Below the pieces are notes generated by a model. It was not told the DNA's origin, made no database searches, and saw only the letters and a list, made by a program, of their open reading frames with translations. Below are positions 39,951 to 49,111 of a stretch of DNA of 64,000 nucleotides, piece by piece. The position numbers and the translations under genes are program-made. This DNA is from an uncultured Thermoplasmata archaeon (GTDB lineage: Archaea; Thermoplasmatota; Thermoplasmata; UBA10834), in the NCBI GenBank assembly GCA_963719945.1, contig CAVRDX010000001.1:768001-832000 (forward strand), in the 5' to 3' direction. How positions within the stretch are numbered: the first letter of the stretch is position 1; each line of letters opens with the position of its first letter.

Positions 39951-40688
39951 CTATTCCTCGACATCCTTGGAAGGAGAGGAATCATCGGGATCAGCGGGAC
40001 CATGATCGGCATCGCTGACATCGGTCGATTCCGGTGGTGGGTACTCCGACATATCGACCTCGATCCTCTTCAGATACTGGGGGGGTACATCGTTGGTGAG
40101 ATAGACCGTCTTGCCCGCTTTCTGGATCACGATACCGTCCTCGGCCGCGGCATTCGAATCGACCTCCAGTATAATCGGACTCTCCGTCCTGACCCTGCCC
40201 GCATTCACCGCGTCACCGACGGTCTTGCTGAGGTGGACTTTCTTCCTGTCCGAGGGTTTAAGACCGACCTCCAATACGATGTCGACCTCCTCGGCGGTTA
40301 TCGGATAGTAGAGCTTTTCTGGTGTCCCTATCGAGTCGGCGTCCAATTCTACCTCGAATGAGTGTGCATAGGTGGCCCGTATCATGCCGTCCCTGACCTC
40401 ATATCTGCCCTTGTCATCCGTCTCTATGATGGCGATTATGTGATGAGTCCTGAGCCAGTGATATCTCCTCTGCTTCCTCTGAATCGCGTTCACGAAGCCT
40501 CTGAGGTCCACGAAACCCTGTCGGTCCACTTGTAGATCGAATCTCTCGGGGAAGTGCCTGAGAACTCCTGCGAGGGTCCTGCTGAGCCTATCGAGTTCCT
40601 CATCGTTCATGAGAAACCGACCTTCTTGGCCGCAGACGGGGCAGAACTCGGCCCTGAAATAACCGTGATCCCTACATTCTTTCAACAT
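39951..40688 (-). CDS. kptA: RNA:NAD 2'-phosphotransferase (Tpt1/KptA) with N-terminal Zn ribbon
   Basis: C.DHGYFR...CPVCG, LRHFPE, DDKGRY, IRATYAHS, RKKVHLS; start set at MLKEC. Confidence 0.92.
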   Translation of the reverse strand: MLKECRDHGYFRAEFCPVCGQEGRFLMNDEELDRLSRTLAGVLRHFPERFDLQVDRQGFVDLRGFVNAIQRKQRRYHWLRTHHIIAIIETDDKGRYEVRDGMIRATYAHSFEVELDADSIGTPEKLYYPITAEEVDIVLEVGLKPSDRKKVHLSKTVGDAVNAGRVRTESPIILEVDSNAAAEDGIVIQKAGKTVYLTNDVPPQYLKRIEVDMSEYPPPESTDVSDADHGPADPDDSSPSKDVEE

Positions 40689-40869
40689 GCTTTTCCCGAA
40701 GAACGGGTTATGCGGGAGCCCGATAAAAGCTTTCGCTCGTACGCGAGTGACTGGTGCATCTGCCAAACCATCGGTTAGCCAAGATAGTGCGCCAGGACAG
40801 GACTGCACAGAAAGAAGGAAAATGGTTGTTTGAAGGGGTTTGGGGCAAGAGCGATCTGCTCTGACCGCT

Positions 40870-42183
40870 TCAGGCTTCCTGCGGTTCGGCCTTCTTCTCG
40901 TAATTCCACGGGCCCTTGGTTATGAACGCGAGCGCAAATGCGACAAGCGAACCGATACCGACGGCGATGAACACGTACTCGAACCCGCCGGTGATTATGC
41001 CGGGGATGAGTCCGCCGATCACACCGCCCATTGCGTAGGCCGTGAAGACGATGCCGTAGTTGTTGCCGAAGTACTTGGTCCCGAAGAAGTCCGAAGTCGT
41101 AGGCGGAAACAAAGCGAAGTTGCCACCGAAGCAGAAGCCAGACAGGGATGCCAACGCCGTGAATCCAAGGAACTGCACATTCTCGTCCGTTGGCTTGCTC
41201 ATGATGAAGGCCGCAGCAGCGAACAATATTATCGCTTGAGTGAGGAACATCGCCCTCATGGCCTTCGTCCTTCCCAGCTTGTCGGATATTATGCCCCATG
41301 CGATCCTGCCTGCTCCGTTGAACACCGCCAGTATTCCGACGATAGTAGCGACCTGAGATATCACCATGACATTCTCTGCCACTGGATCGAAACTTGGGTT
41401 CGCATCAGCATAGATGTCCTCCAGATTCTGAGAGACGTTGCCGATGTTCCCGATCATCATCAGACCGCAGGTAGCGGACAATACGAACATGACCCAAAGG
41501 AGCTTGAAGCTCTTCGTCCCCATCATCTCTCGCCACTGGATGTCCTTGCCCTCCGAGCTGCCTGCCACCATCTTCGGAGGAGACCAGCCCTTCGGACAAT
41601 ATCCCGCTGGCGGGTTTATCAGGAACAATGCACCAATGAACACCATCGCGAAGAATATGATGCCGAGGTACAGGTACGCTGCAGAAATGCCACCCGAGTT
41701 GTCCACGAAGTACTTGCCTACCTGGGCGAATACAAACGTGCCAGCGCCGAAACCGGCTACCGCGATCCCGCTGACGAGTCCCTTCTTGTCAGGGAACCAC
41801 TTCAGGCAACATGCGATCGGGCAACCGTATCCGAAACCGACACCGATTCCAAGAACAGTATATCCGACATACATCAGGGCCAGGCTATCCGTGGACACTG
41901 ACGATATCATGTATCCCGCAGCGTATACAACGGCCGAGAGCATAGTGATCTTCATCGGACCGTGTTTATCCTGTAACTTTCCGCCAACCATCACGAACAA
42001 GCCGAAACCAGCCAAGCTCGTCGCGAATATCCCTAGCACCGCAAGCGACTTCGCACCTTCTCCGAGCTCAGCCGCCAAGGGCTTGTTGAAGACCGACCAG
42101 GCGTATATGGAGCCCAACGCAAGCTGGACCAACAAAGCGCCGATGACCGGTATCCATCTGTTCATTACTTTCTCTTCTGCCAT
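40870..42183 (-). CDS. MFS transporter, oxalate/formate antiporter (OFA) family
   Basis: LGSIYAWSVF, GKLQDKHGP, KWFPDKKGLVSGIAVAGFGAG, FNGAGRIAWG..SDKLGR, FGTK..GNNYG. Confidence 0.88.
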   Translation of the reverse strand: MAEEKVMNRWIPVIGALLVQLALGSIYAWSVFNKPLAAELGEGAKSLAVLGIFATSLAGFGLFVMVGGKLQDKHGPMKITMLSAVVYAAGYMISSVSTDSLALMYVGYTVLGIGVGFGYGCPIACCLKWFPDKKGLVSGIAVAGFGAGTFVFAQVGKYFVDNSGGISAAYLYLGIIFFAMVFIGALFLINPPAGYCPKGWSPPKMVAGSSEGKDIQWREMMGTKSFKLLWVMFVLSATCGLMMIGNIGNVSQNLEDIYADANPSFDPVAENVMVISQVATIVGILAVFNGAGRIAWGIISDKLGRTKAMRAMFLTQAIILFAAAAFIMSKPTDENVQFLGFTALASLSGFCFGGNFALFPPTTSDFFGTKYFGNNYGIVFTAYAMGGVIGGLIPGIITGGFEYVFIAVGIGSLVAFALAFITKGPWNYEKKAEPQEA

Positions 42184-42223
42184 CGTATCTCTCCCGTTTC
42201 AATTGTCAATTCATTCCCATTCT

Positions 42224-42790
42224 TCAGATGAATCTCACTGTGCCAGTCTTGATATCGAACATGGCACCGTACAGCGTAATCTTCTCAGCGTGAACGGCGT
42301 CCCGTATGATAGAGCTCATATCCATGAGCTTTCTCAACTGCACCCTGACATTCGTCTCTGCCACTAGATTCGGATCGCGTGATTTGACATCGTCGAGCTT
42401 TGACTTCGCACATTGTATTTCCTTTATCACGCATTCCATACTCTCCAGTCCCCCGCATTCGTATGAGGCCTTCACAGCACCGCATTCCGTATGACCCATC
42501 ACGAGGATCGCACGGACCTTCAGGTGAGATACGGCATATTCCAGGCTCCCGTACAGGCTTGGATCGCATACGCAATTCCCCGCCACACGGACGACGAACG
42601 CGTCGCCCAAGGACAGGTTGAATATCTTCACAGGGTCCACTCTAGAATCAGAACAGGTGACGATAGCCACGAACGGTTCCTGCTTCTTCGCGAGCCTCGC
42701 GAGAAACGAAGGGTCCGCGCCATTTCGGAACGTGGAATTCCCGTCGACCAATCGGGTCTTCGGATCCATGCTCGCGTCCGTAGCTAGCAC
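42224..42790 (-). CDS. Beta-class carbonic anhydrase
   Basis: L..GN..F, CSDSRV, VRVAGN, GSLEYAV, GHTECGAV. Confidence 0.93.
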   Translation of the reverse strand: MLATDASMDPKTRLVDGNSTFRNGADPSFLARLAKKQEPFVAIVTCSDSRVDPVKIFNLSLGDAFVVRVAGNCVCDPSLYGSLEYAVSHLKVRAILVMGHTECGAVKASYECGGLESMECVIKEIQCAKSKLDDVKSRDPNLVAETNVRVQLRKLMDMSSIIRDAVHAEKITLYGAMFDIKTGTVRFI

Positions 42791-42819
42791 CTCCTTTAGA
42801 GTGTCTTAAATTTAATATT

Positions 42820-42840
42820 GGAGGGGGGATGCCCCCCTCC
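42820..42840 (-). terminator. GC-rich hairpin between acs and the carbonic anhydrase gene
   Basis: 9-bp perfect stem GGAGGGGGG/CCCCCCTCC in AT-rich flanks about 20 nt after the acs stop. Confidence 0.55.
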
Positions 42841-42859
42841 TAGAAAAGGATATTGGTGT

Positions 42860-44614
42860 TTAGTCCTCAAGAGTCGAGACGTCGCCAGTCGGGAGACCGA
42901 GCTCTCTAGCCCTGAGCAGTCTCCTCATGATCTTGCCGCTCCTGGTCTTAGGGAGTGACTTGACGACCTCAATCTCCCTCGGGTACGCGTGCCCTGCGAG
43001 CCTGCTCTTGACGTGCTTCTGGATGTCCGCCTTGAGCTCGTCGCTCTCCACATGGCCAGGGGTCAGGACGATGAACGCCTTGATGATATTGCCTCTGAGC
43101 TGGTCAGGCTTCCCGATGACGCCCGCCTCAGCGACCGCCTCGTGCTCGATCAGCGCGCTCTCGACCTCGAAGGGCCCGACACGCTCGCCAGATGTCTTGA
43201 TGACATCGTCGGCGCGACCGACATACCAGAAGTATCCGTCATTGTCGATCTGGGCAGTGTCGCCGGTGTAGTACCAGCCGTTCCTGAAGTATTCGTTGTA
43301 CTTCGCCGGGTTATTCCAGATCTTCCTCATCATGGACGGCCACTTTGGCCTGATCACCAGGCTGCCTTCCTCGCCGTCGGCCAGAACCGTGCCGTTCTCA
43401 TCGACTATGGCGGCCTCGATGCCCGGGAGCGGCTTGCCCATGGAGCCTGGCTTGATAGGCATCTCAGGGAAGTTGGTGATCAATATGCTGCCCGTCTCCG
43501 TCTGCCACCACGTGTCGTGGAATGGCTTGTTGTCGAAGACCTCCTGGGCCCACTTGACTCCCTCTGGGTTGAGCGGCTCACCAACGCAGTAGAGCGCCCT
43601 CAAACTCGAAAGATCGTACTTCTTCGGTATGTCATCACCCTTCGCCATCAGCATCCTGACGGCCGTCGGGGCTGTGTACCATATGGATATCTTGTAGTTC
43701 TGGATGGCCTGGTACCATCGGTCTGGATCGAACCTGCCGCCGAGCCCGACCTGTGTCGTTCCGTTCGACCAGGGTCCGAGACAGCCATAGACCACGCCAG
43801 TGACCCAGCCTAGGTCAGCACCGCACCAATATACGTCCTCATCATGGACATCCAACACCCAGTAAGTCGTGAGGGTCGCCTGCACTATTCCCTTGTGGGC
43901 ATGCACGACCCCCTTCGGCTTCCCGGTCGAGCCAGATGTGTAGAGCAGGTACATGAACTCCTCGGGGTCCATGGGGACGGTCTCGAACTTGTCGGAAGCT
44001 GATGCCATCTCCTTCTCCCAGCTCAATTCGCCCGGAGCGACGTCATCGCCGACGATGATCGTGTGCTTCATTTCTGGCAGCTGGTCCTTGACCTCGTAGA
44101 ACCTCGTCTTTAGTTCGCTGTCAGTGACCAGACAGACTGCACTGCTGTCCAGGAGCCTGTCCTTGATGGCGTCCGGACCGAACGCGGGGAACATTGGGCT
44201 GGCAATCGCGCCATACTTTATCGCGCCCAGGAATCCGATGTATAGCTCAGGGGACCTCTGCAGGAAGAAGAATACCCTGTCCTGCCTCTTTATTCCCAGC
44301 TTCTTCATCACGTTCGCGAACTTGTTCGTCTGTTCGTAGAGCTGCTTGAACGTGAACTTCTGGGAATTGCCCTCGCCATCGTCATATATGAGAGCGACCT
44401 TGTCAGCGTTCTTTCCTTTCGCGTGCCTGTCAACAACGTTGTAGGCTGCGTTGATCTTCCCGCCGGGGAACCAGTCAACCATCTTCTCAGCGTCAGCCCA
44501 CTTGAAACTCGACCTCAGTTCGTTGTAGCCGAGTAGATTCGGCTTCAATCTGAGTTTCGAGGGGTCCTTTACGATAATTTCGCCTTTTATTAGCTCGGTG
44601 TCTTTCTCTGCCAT
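42860..44614 (-). CDS. acsA: AMP-forming acetyl-CoA synthetase
   Basis: YTSGSTGKPKG, ADLGWVTG, VGEPLNPE, DTWWQTETG, GRADDVIK, LPKTRSGKIMRR. Confidence 0.93.
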   Translation of the reverse strand: MAEKDTELIKGEIIVKDPSKLRLKPNLLGYNELRSSFKWADAEKMVDWFPGGKINAAYNVVDRHAKGKNADKVALIYDDGEGNSQKFTFKQLYEQTNKFANVMKKLGIKRQDRVFFFLQRSPELYIGFLGAIKYGAIASPMFPAFGPDAIKDRLLDSSAVCLVTDSELKTRFYEVKDQLPEMKHTIIVGDDVAPGELSWEKEMASASDKFETVPMDPEEFMYLLYTSGSTGKPKGVVHAHKGIVQATLTTYWVLDVHDEDVYWCGADLGWVTGVVYGCLGPWSNGTTQVGLGGRFDPDRWYQAIQNYKISIWYTAPTAVRMLMAKGDDIPKKYDLSSLRALYCVGEPLNPEGVKWAQEVFDNKPFHDTWWQTETGSILITNFPEMPIKPGSMGKPLPGIEAAIVDENGTVLADGEEGSLVIRPKWPSMMRKIWNNPAKYNEYFRNGWYYTGDTAQIDNDGYFWYVGRADDVIKTSGERVGPFEVESALIEHEAVAEAGVIGKPDQLRGNIIKAFIVLTPGHVESDELKADIQKHVKSRLAGHAYPREIEVVKSLPKTRSGKIMRRLLRARELGLPTGDVSTLED

Positions 44615-44842
44615 CTCTTCACTTCCAATCTAGCTGGCCAGAGGGGTCGCTGTTCATGCCCTTGGCTTCGCCGTTCTCGTGATCAGGTCTCGCCCATCGC
44701 ACTCGCGCAACATCATCAGTGAGTCAATAATCCTCTCTGATCGTTCTTCTCTGCACTTCAGCGGCGCGGGTTAAGGTGCTCTTCACCGAAGCGGCATCCG
44801 AGCCCGCTAGGCGATATCCTATCGACTGCATTTGTCATATCC

Positions 44843-44856
44843 TTATAAGGTTTTTC
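44843..44856 (-). promoter_or_regulatory. BRE-TATA promoter upstream of acs, implying a leader of about 200 nt
   Basis: Minus strand GAAAAACCTTATAA about 230 nt upstream of the acs ATG. Confidence 0.55.
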
Positions 44857-45020
44857 GATGCGACAACGGCGATTTCACTCGATTCGGTATCCTGCGTGCG
44901 GTATTTGGGGAGTCTAATGTGACGATATTCGTTCGGTTACGACGAAAAGCGAACCGTTTCCGACGACATATAATCAAATTAAGAGTATAGTAAGAGGTTT
45001 GCATCACATGTGACGAATAA

Positions 45021-45914
45021 TCACTCTTTCAAGTTGTGGTGTATCTTTGCGGCCTTGACCGTGTTCTTCATCAGCATTGTGATCGTCATCGGTCCCACTC
45101 CGCCAGGTACTGGAGTGATCGCCTTCGCCTTTTCCTTCACCGACTCGAAATCCACATCACCCACGAGCCTCGTGCCGTTCTTCGCGGTCGGGTCGTTGAT
45201 CCTGTTTACGCCTACATCTATCACGACGACTCCGTCCCTGACCATGTCTGCCTTCACGAAGTTGGGCACACCTATGGCCGCGATGAGGATGTCGGCCTGT
45301 TTCGTGAATTCGCTCATGTTCTGCGTTCTCGAATGACATATGGTGACGGTTGCATCCGCCCCCGGGGCTTTCTGAAGGAGTATGTTTGTGATCGGCTTCC
45401 CGACGATGTTGCTACGGCCTATGACGACTACATGCTTACCCTTAGGATCGTTCCCGCTCCTCACGAGGAGTTCCTGTATTCCATGAGGTGTGCACGGCAG
45501 ATAGCAGTCCTCGGCCCCGACGACCATCTTCCCTACATTCACGGGGTGGAAGCCGTCCACATCCTTGCTCGGATCGATCTTGAGCAACACATTCTGCTCG
45601 TTGATATGCTTCGGCAGCGGGAGCTGGACGAGGATACCATCGAACTTCTTGTCGTTGTTGTACTTGTCGATCAGATCAAGGAGTTCCTGCTCCGTCGTTT
45701 CCACGGGGAGACGTATCGTCTCGGAGTGCATGCCTAGCTCCACACACGCTTCACCCTTCTTCCTCACATAGACCTGTGAAGCTGCATCTTCTCCAACGAT
45801 GATCACTACCAGACCAGGGGTCACCCCGGACTTCTTCATCCCAGCGATCTCATCCTTGAGTTCTGCTCGGATGCTTTTCGCAACCTCGTTTCCGTTTATG
45901 ATTTGGGCCACCAA
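45021..45914 (-). CDS. folD: Methylene-THF dehydrogenase/cyclohydrolase
   Basis: YVRKK, GILVQLPLP, KDVDGFHP, PCTP.G, GRSNIVGKP, TPVPGGVGPMT. Confidence 0.97.
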   Translation of the reverse strand: MVAQIINGNEVAKSIRAELKDEIAGMKKSGVTPGLVVIIVGEDAASQVYVRKKGEACVELGMHSETIRLPVETTEQELLDLIDKYNNDKKFDGILVQLPLPKHINEQNVLLKIDPSKDVDGFHPVNVGKMVVGAEDCYLPCTPHGIQELLVRSGNDPKGKHVVVIGRSNIVGKPITNILLQKAPGADATVTICHSRTQNMSEFTKQADILIAAIGVPNFVKADMVRDGVVVIDVGVNRINDPTAKNGTRLVGDVDFESVKEKAKAITPVPGGVGPMTITMLMKNTVKAAKIHHNLKE

Positions 45915-46041
45915 TTAAAACGCCTCCTAAAACGTGATGCGCCTCGTTTACTTAAGATTTCGCGCAGTTTTAAGTGCAAATGGAAAAATTCCGAAAGGCT
46001 TTATTATGCGGTCCTTATACCGGTTAAAAGGGGGCTGACAA

Positions 46042-47721
46042 ATGGCGATGAAGCCAGATATTGAAATTGCTCAGGAAGCAAAGGTACAGCACATTGAGAA
46101 GATTGCGGAAAAGGTCGGCCTTTCCCGCGATGATCTAGACTTCTACGGGAAGTACAAAGCAAAGGTCCCTCTCGACGTGCTAAAGAGATATGAAAGCAAC
46201 AAGGATGGCAAACTCATCTTTGTCACCGCCATCACCGCCACAAAGGCCGGTGAGGGGAAGACGGTCACATCCATAGGTCTGTGCCAGGGCATGGGCCAGC
46301 TGGGAAAGAAGGTCATGCTTTCCCTCAGAGAACCATCGCTTGGTCCGACATTCGGAATCAAGGGTGGCGCGACCGGAGGAGGATACTCCCAGATCTATCC
46401 GATGTGGGATATCGACCTGCACTTCACAGGCGACATACACGCAGTTGGAACAGCTCATAACCTGCTGTCCGCACTCGTGGAGAACCATGTCACAAAGAAG
46501 AACCCGCTAGGGATCGACCCGACAAAGATCACCTGGAGAAAGGCCATGGACATGAACGCCAGGGAGCTGAGGAAGATCGTTGTCGGACTCGGAGGCAGGA
46601 CCGTGGGAGGTGTGCCACACGAGAGCGGCTTCGACATAACAGTCGCCAGTGAGATCATGGCCATACTGGCACTCTCAAAGGACATGGCCGACCTCAGACT
46701 CAGAATGTCTAGGATGGTCGTAGGATACACGTACGACAATAAACCTGTCACCGCGGACCAGCTGAAGGGAATAGGTGCTATGTGCCTCCTGCTGAAGGAC
46801 GCGATCGCTCCGACACTGGTTCAGACGCTCGAGGGGCAGCCCGCACTCATACACGGAGCGCCTTTCGCGAACATCGCGCACGGGAACAGTTCCATCATTG
46901 CGACCAAGTACGCACTCAAGATGGCAGATTATGTAATCACTGAGGGCGGATTCGCGATGGATCTCGGTGGCGAGAAGTTCTTCGATATCGTCTGCAGGAT
47001 AACTGGTCTGAAGCCTGACGTCGCCGTACTCGTCGCCAGCATAAGGGCCCTCAAGATGCACGGCGGGATGGACCAGAAGGAAATCGGCAAGCCCGATGTC
47101 GGATTCCTCGAGAAGGGTTACAGCAACCTCGACAAGCACATAGAGAACATCAAGAAGTTCGGAGTGCCTGTCGTAGTCGCGATCAACCAGTTCCCGACCG
47201 ACAGTCCAGAGGAGATCGAGCACATCAAGAAGCACTGCGCGAAGGTCGGTGCGAGATTCGGTCTATCCAGAGTGTTCGTCGAGGGTGGCAAGGGCGGCGT
47301 AGAACTCGCTCAGGCTGTGCTGGAATCGCTCGAGAAGGAGAAGAGCAACTTCAAGGTGCTCTATGACGAGAAGCTCCCAATAAAGGATAAGATAAAGATC
47401 ATCGCGACGGAGATCTATGGGGCAAAGGATGTAGTATACACTGGCACTGCTCCTGGAGACATCGCAGCGATCGAGGCGGCCGGCAACGACAAGCTTCCGA
47501 TCTGCATGGCTAAGACCCAGCACTCCCTCACGGACGACCCGGCGAAGAAGGGTGCGCCCAAGGATTGGGTCCTGACGGTAAGGGAGGTCAGACTGTCCGC
47601 TGGAGCGGGCTTCATAGTACCCCTGACCGGAGAGATGATGACGATCCCGGGATTGCCAACATCTCCTGCAGCGGAGAGGATCAACATCGACGACAACGGT
47701 TACATAACCGGACTCAACTGA
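46042..47721 (+). CDS. fhs: Formate--tetrahydrofolate ligase
   Basis: AGEGKT, LREPSLGPTFGIKGGATGGGYSQ, LHFTGDIHA, PFANIAHG, CMAKTQ.SL. Confidence 0.97.
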   Translation: MAMKPDIEIAQEAKVQHIEKIAEKVGLSRDDLDFYGKYKAKVPLDVLKRYESNKDGKLIFVTAITATKAGEGKTVTSIGLCQGMGQLGKKVMLSLREPSLGPTFGIKGGATGGGYSQIYPMWDIDLHFTGDIHAVGTAHNLLSALVENHVTKKNPLGIDPTKITWRKAMDMNARELRKIVVGLGGRTVGGVPHESGFDITVASEIMAILALSKDMADLRLRMSRMVVGYTYDNKPVTADQLKGIGAMCLLLKDAIAPTLVQTLEGQPALIHGAPFANIAHGNSSIIATKYALKMADYVITEGGFAMDLGGEKFFDIVCRITGLKPDVAVLVASIRALKMHGGMDQKEIGKPDVGFLEKGYSNLDKHIENIKKFGVPVVVAINQFPTDSPEEIEHIKKHCAKVGARFGLSRVFVEGGKGGVELAQAVLESLEKEKSNFKVLYDEKLPIKDKIKIIATEIYGAKDVVYTGTAPGDIAAIEAAGNDKLPICMAKTQHSLTDDPAKKGAPKDWVLTVREVRLSAGAGFIVPLTGEMMTIPGLPTSPAAERINIDDNGYITGLN

Positions 47722-47872
47722 TCGTCGACGGGATCACTCCCAACTATCCAAACCTCTTATTTTCGTTGCCCACCGGGAGGGTTTCTGTCCCCGGTGAGCC
47801 AAACACATTATCCAGACGGTCGTTCGACCGCTCTGCCAGCCCTTCATGGTCTAGCAACACGGGAGGGGAAGT

Positions 47873-49111
47873 ATGTCGAAAAGTGTCCTCATTATTGGAG
47901 GAGGGCCCGCAGGCGTATCCGCGGCGAAGGCCCTCGTTGACAGAAGCGAAGGAATCGTGCTCGTGGAGAGGTCCGAATCCCTCGGCGGTATGGCAAGGGA
48001 GCTGACCTGCAAGGGCGTGAGCGAGTGCAGGAACTGCGGAGCATGCTATGTCGTCGATCGATCGGCAGAGCTGCTGAGAGATAAGATCGCAGAGGTCCTG
48101 CTGCTCTCAGAGGCTACCCAGATCAAGAAAGAGGGAGATGGGTACGAGGTCAAGATCAAAATCTCGCCTAGATATGTCACCAACAACTGCGTAGGGTGCA
48201 GCAAGTGTATCGAAGTGTGCCCGGCAGATGGCAAGGCGATCTTCGCGCCAACTGGCAACGGTCAGCCGAGGCAGCACTGGATCGACAGGAGCAAGTGCCT
48301 GCACTTCAAGAAGGACAAGTGCCAGAAGTGTGCCGATGTGTGCCCGACCAAAGCCATAGATTACGAGGATAGGGCGAAGAACATCACCAGGAAGGTCTCA
48401 TCTATTATCTGCGCCACCGGCATGGAACCAGTGGACGCATCCGAAGTCAAGAGGCTCGGCGGTGGCGTGCTGGAGAACGCAATCTCGAGCTTGGACGCGG
48501 AACGAATCCTTAACAATCATGGTAGGCTGCTCAGACCATCGGACGGCAAGCAGCCGAAGAAGATCGCAGTCATTCAGTGTGTCGGGTCCAGATCAGCAAA
48601 GACAGGTGTGGAGTATTGCTCCAAATTCTGCTGCAAGTATGCGACCAAGATCTCCCAGCTGCTCATCGACCAGGACCCGGAGGTCAACCTGGATTTCTAT
48701 TTCATGGACCTGAGGACCCTATACGAACCTCACGACGAATTCAAAAAATGGGTCAGGGAGAGGAAGAAGACGGTCAGGATGATCCGGAGCATGCCCGCAG
48801 TCGTGTTGCCTGGCAACGATGGGAATCTGGTCGTGAGAGCATCCACGGAGACTGACTCGGAAGTCATCGAAACGGAATATGACCTGGTCTTGCTCTCGGT
48901 CGGAATGCGCCCCACCACAAATCCAAAGGAACTCATCGATTCCCTCGCAATAAAGACGGACGAGAGAGGGTTCGCGATCTGCGACAAGTCGCTCGAAGAA
49001 TCGGGCGTCTTCATGGTCGGGACCACCTGTGAGCCCATGGACATAGAGGAGACAACTGTGAGGGCAGCTGCCGCAGCATCTCGTGCGAGCCATCGGAAGG
49101 AGGGAGTCTGA
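47873..49111 (+). CDS. HdrA-like flavoprotein, core FAD domain plus inserted 2x[4Fe-4S]; lacks the N- and C-terminal Fe-S domains
   Basis: IIGGGPAG, PRYV..CVGCSKC..VCP, C..C...CP..AIDY, QCVGSR...YCSKFCCKYATK, FMDLRT, DLVLLSVG. Confidence 0.85.
   Translation: MSKSVLIIGGGPAGVSAAKALVDRSEGIVLVERSESLGGMARELTCKGVSECRNCGACYVVDRSAELLRDKIAEVLLLSEATQIKKEGDGYEVKIKISPRYVTNNCVGCSKCIEVCPADGKAIFAPTGNGQPRQHWIDRSKCLHFKKDKCQKCADVCPTKAIDYEDRAKNITRKVSSIICATGMEPVDASEVKRLGGGVLENAISSLDAERILNNHGRLLRPSDGKQPKKIAVIQCVGSRSAKTGVEYCSKFCCKYATKISQLLIDQDPEVNLDFYFMDLRTLYEPHDEFKKWVRERKKTVRMIRSMPAVVLPGNDGNLVVRASTETDSEVIETEYDLVLLSVGMRPTTNPKELIDSLAIKTDERGFAICDKSLEESGVFMVGTTCEPMDIEETTVRAAAAASRASHRKEGV

Noticed and set aside
44680-44720. 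C/D box sRNA in the acs leader (TGATGA...CTGA on the minus strand)
   Set aside because: Only about 36 nt from box C to box D, too short for two guides, and no convincing C' box
47805-47860. SAM-I riboswitch upstream of hdrA-metVF (TTATCCAGA...GCAAC)
   Set aside because: Lacks the kink-turn/pseudoknot core and the 3' GAT strand of P1; kept only as a generic structured element
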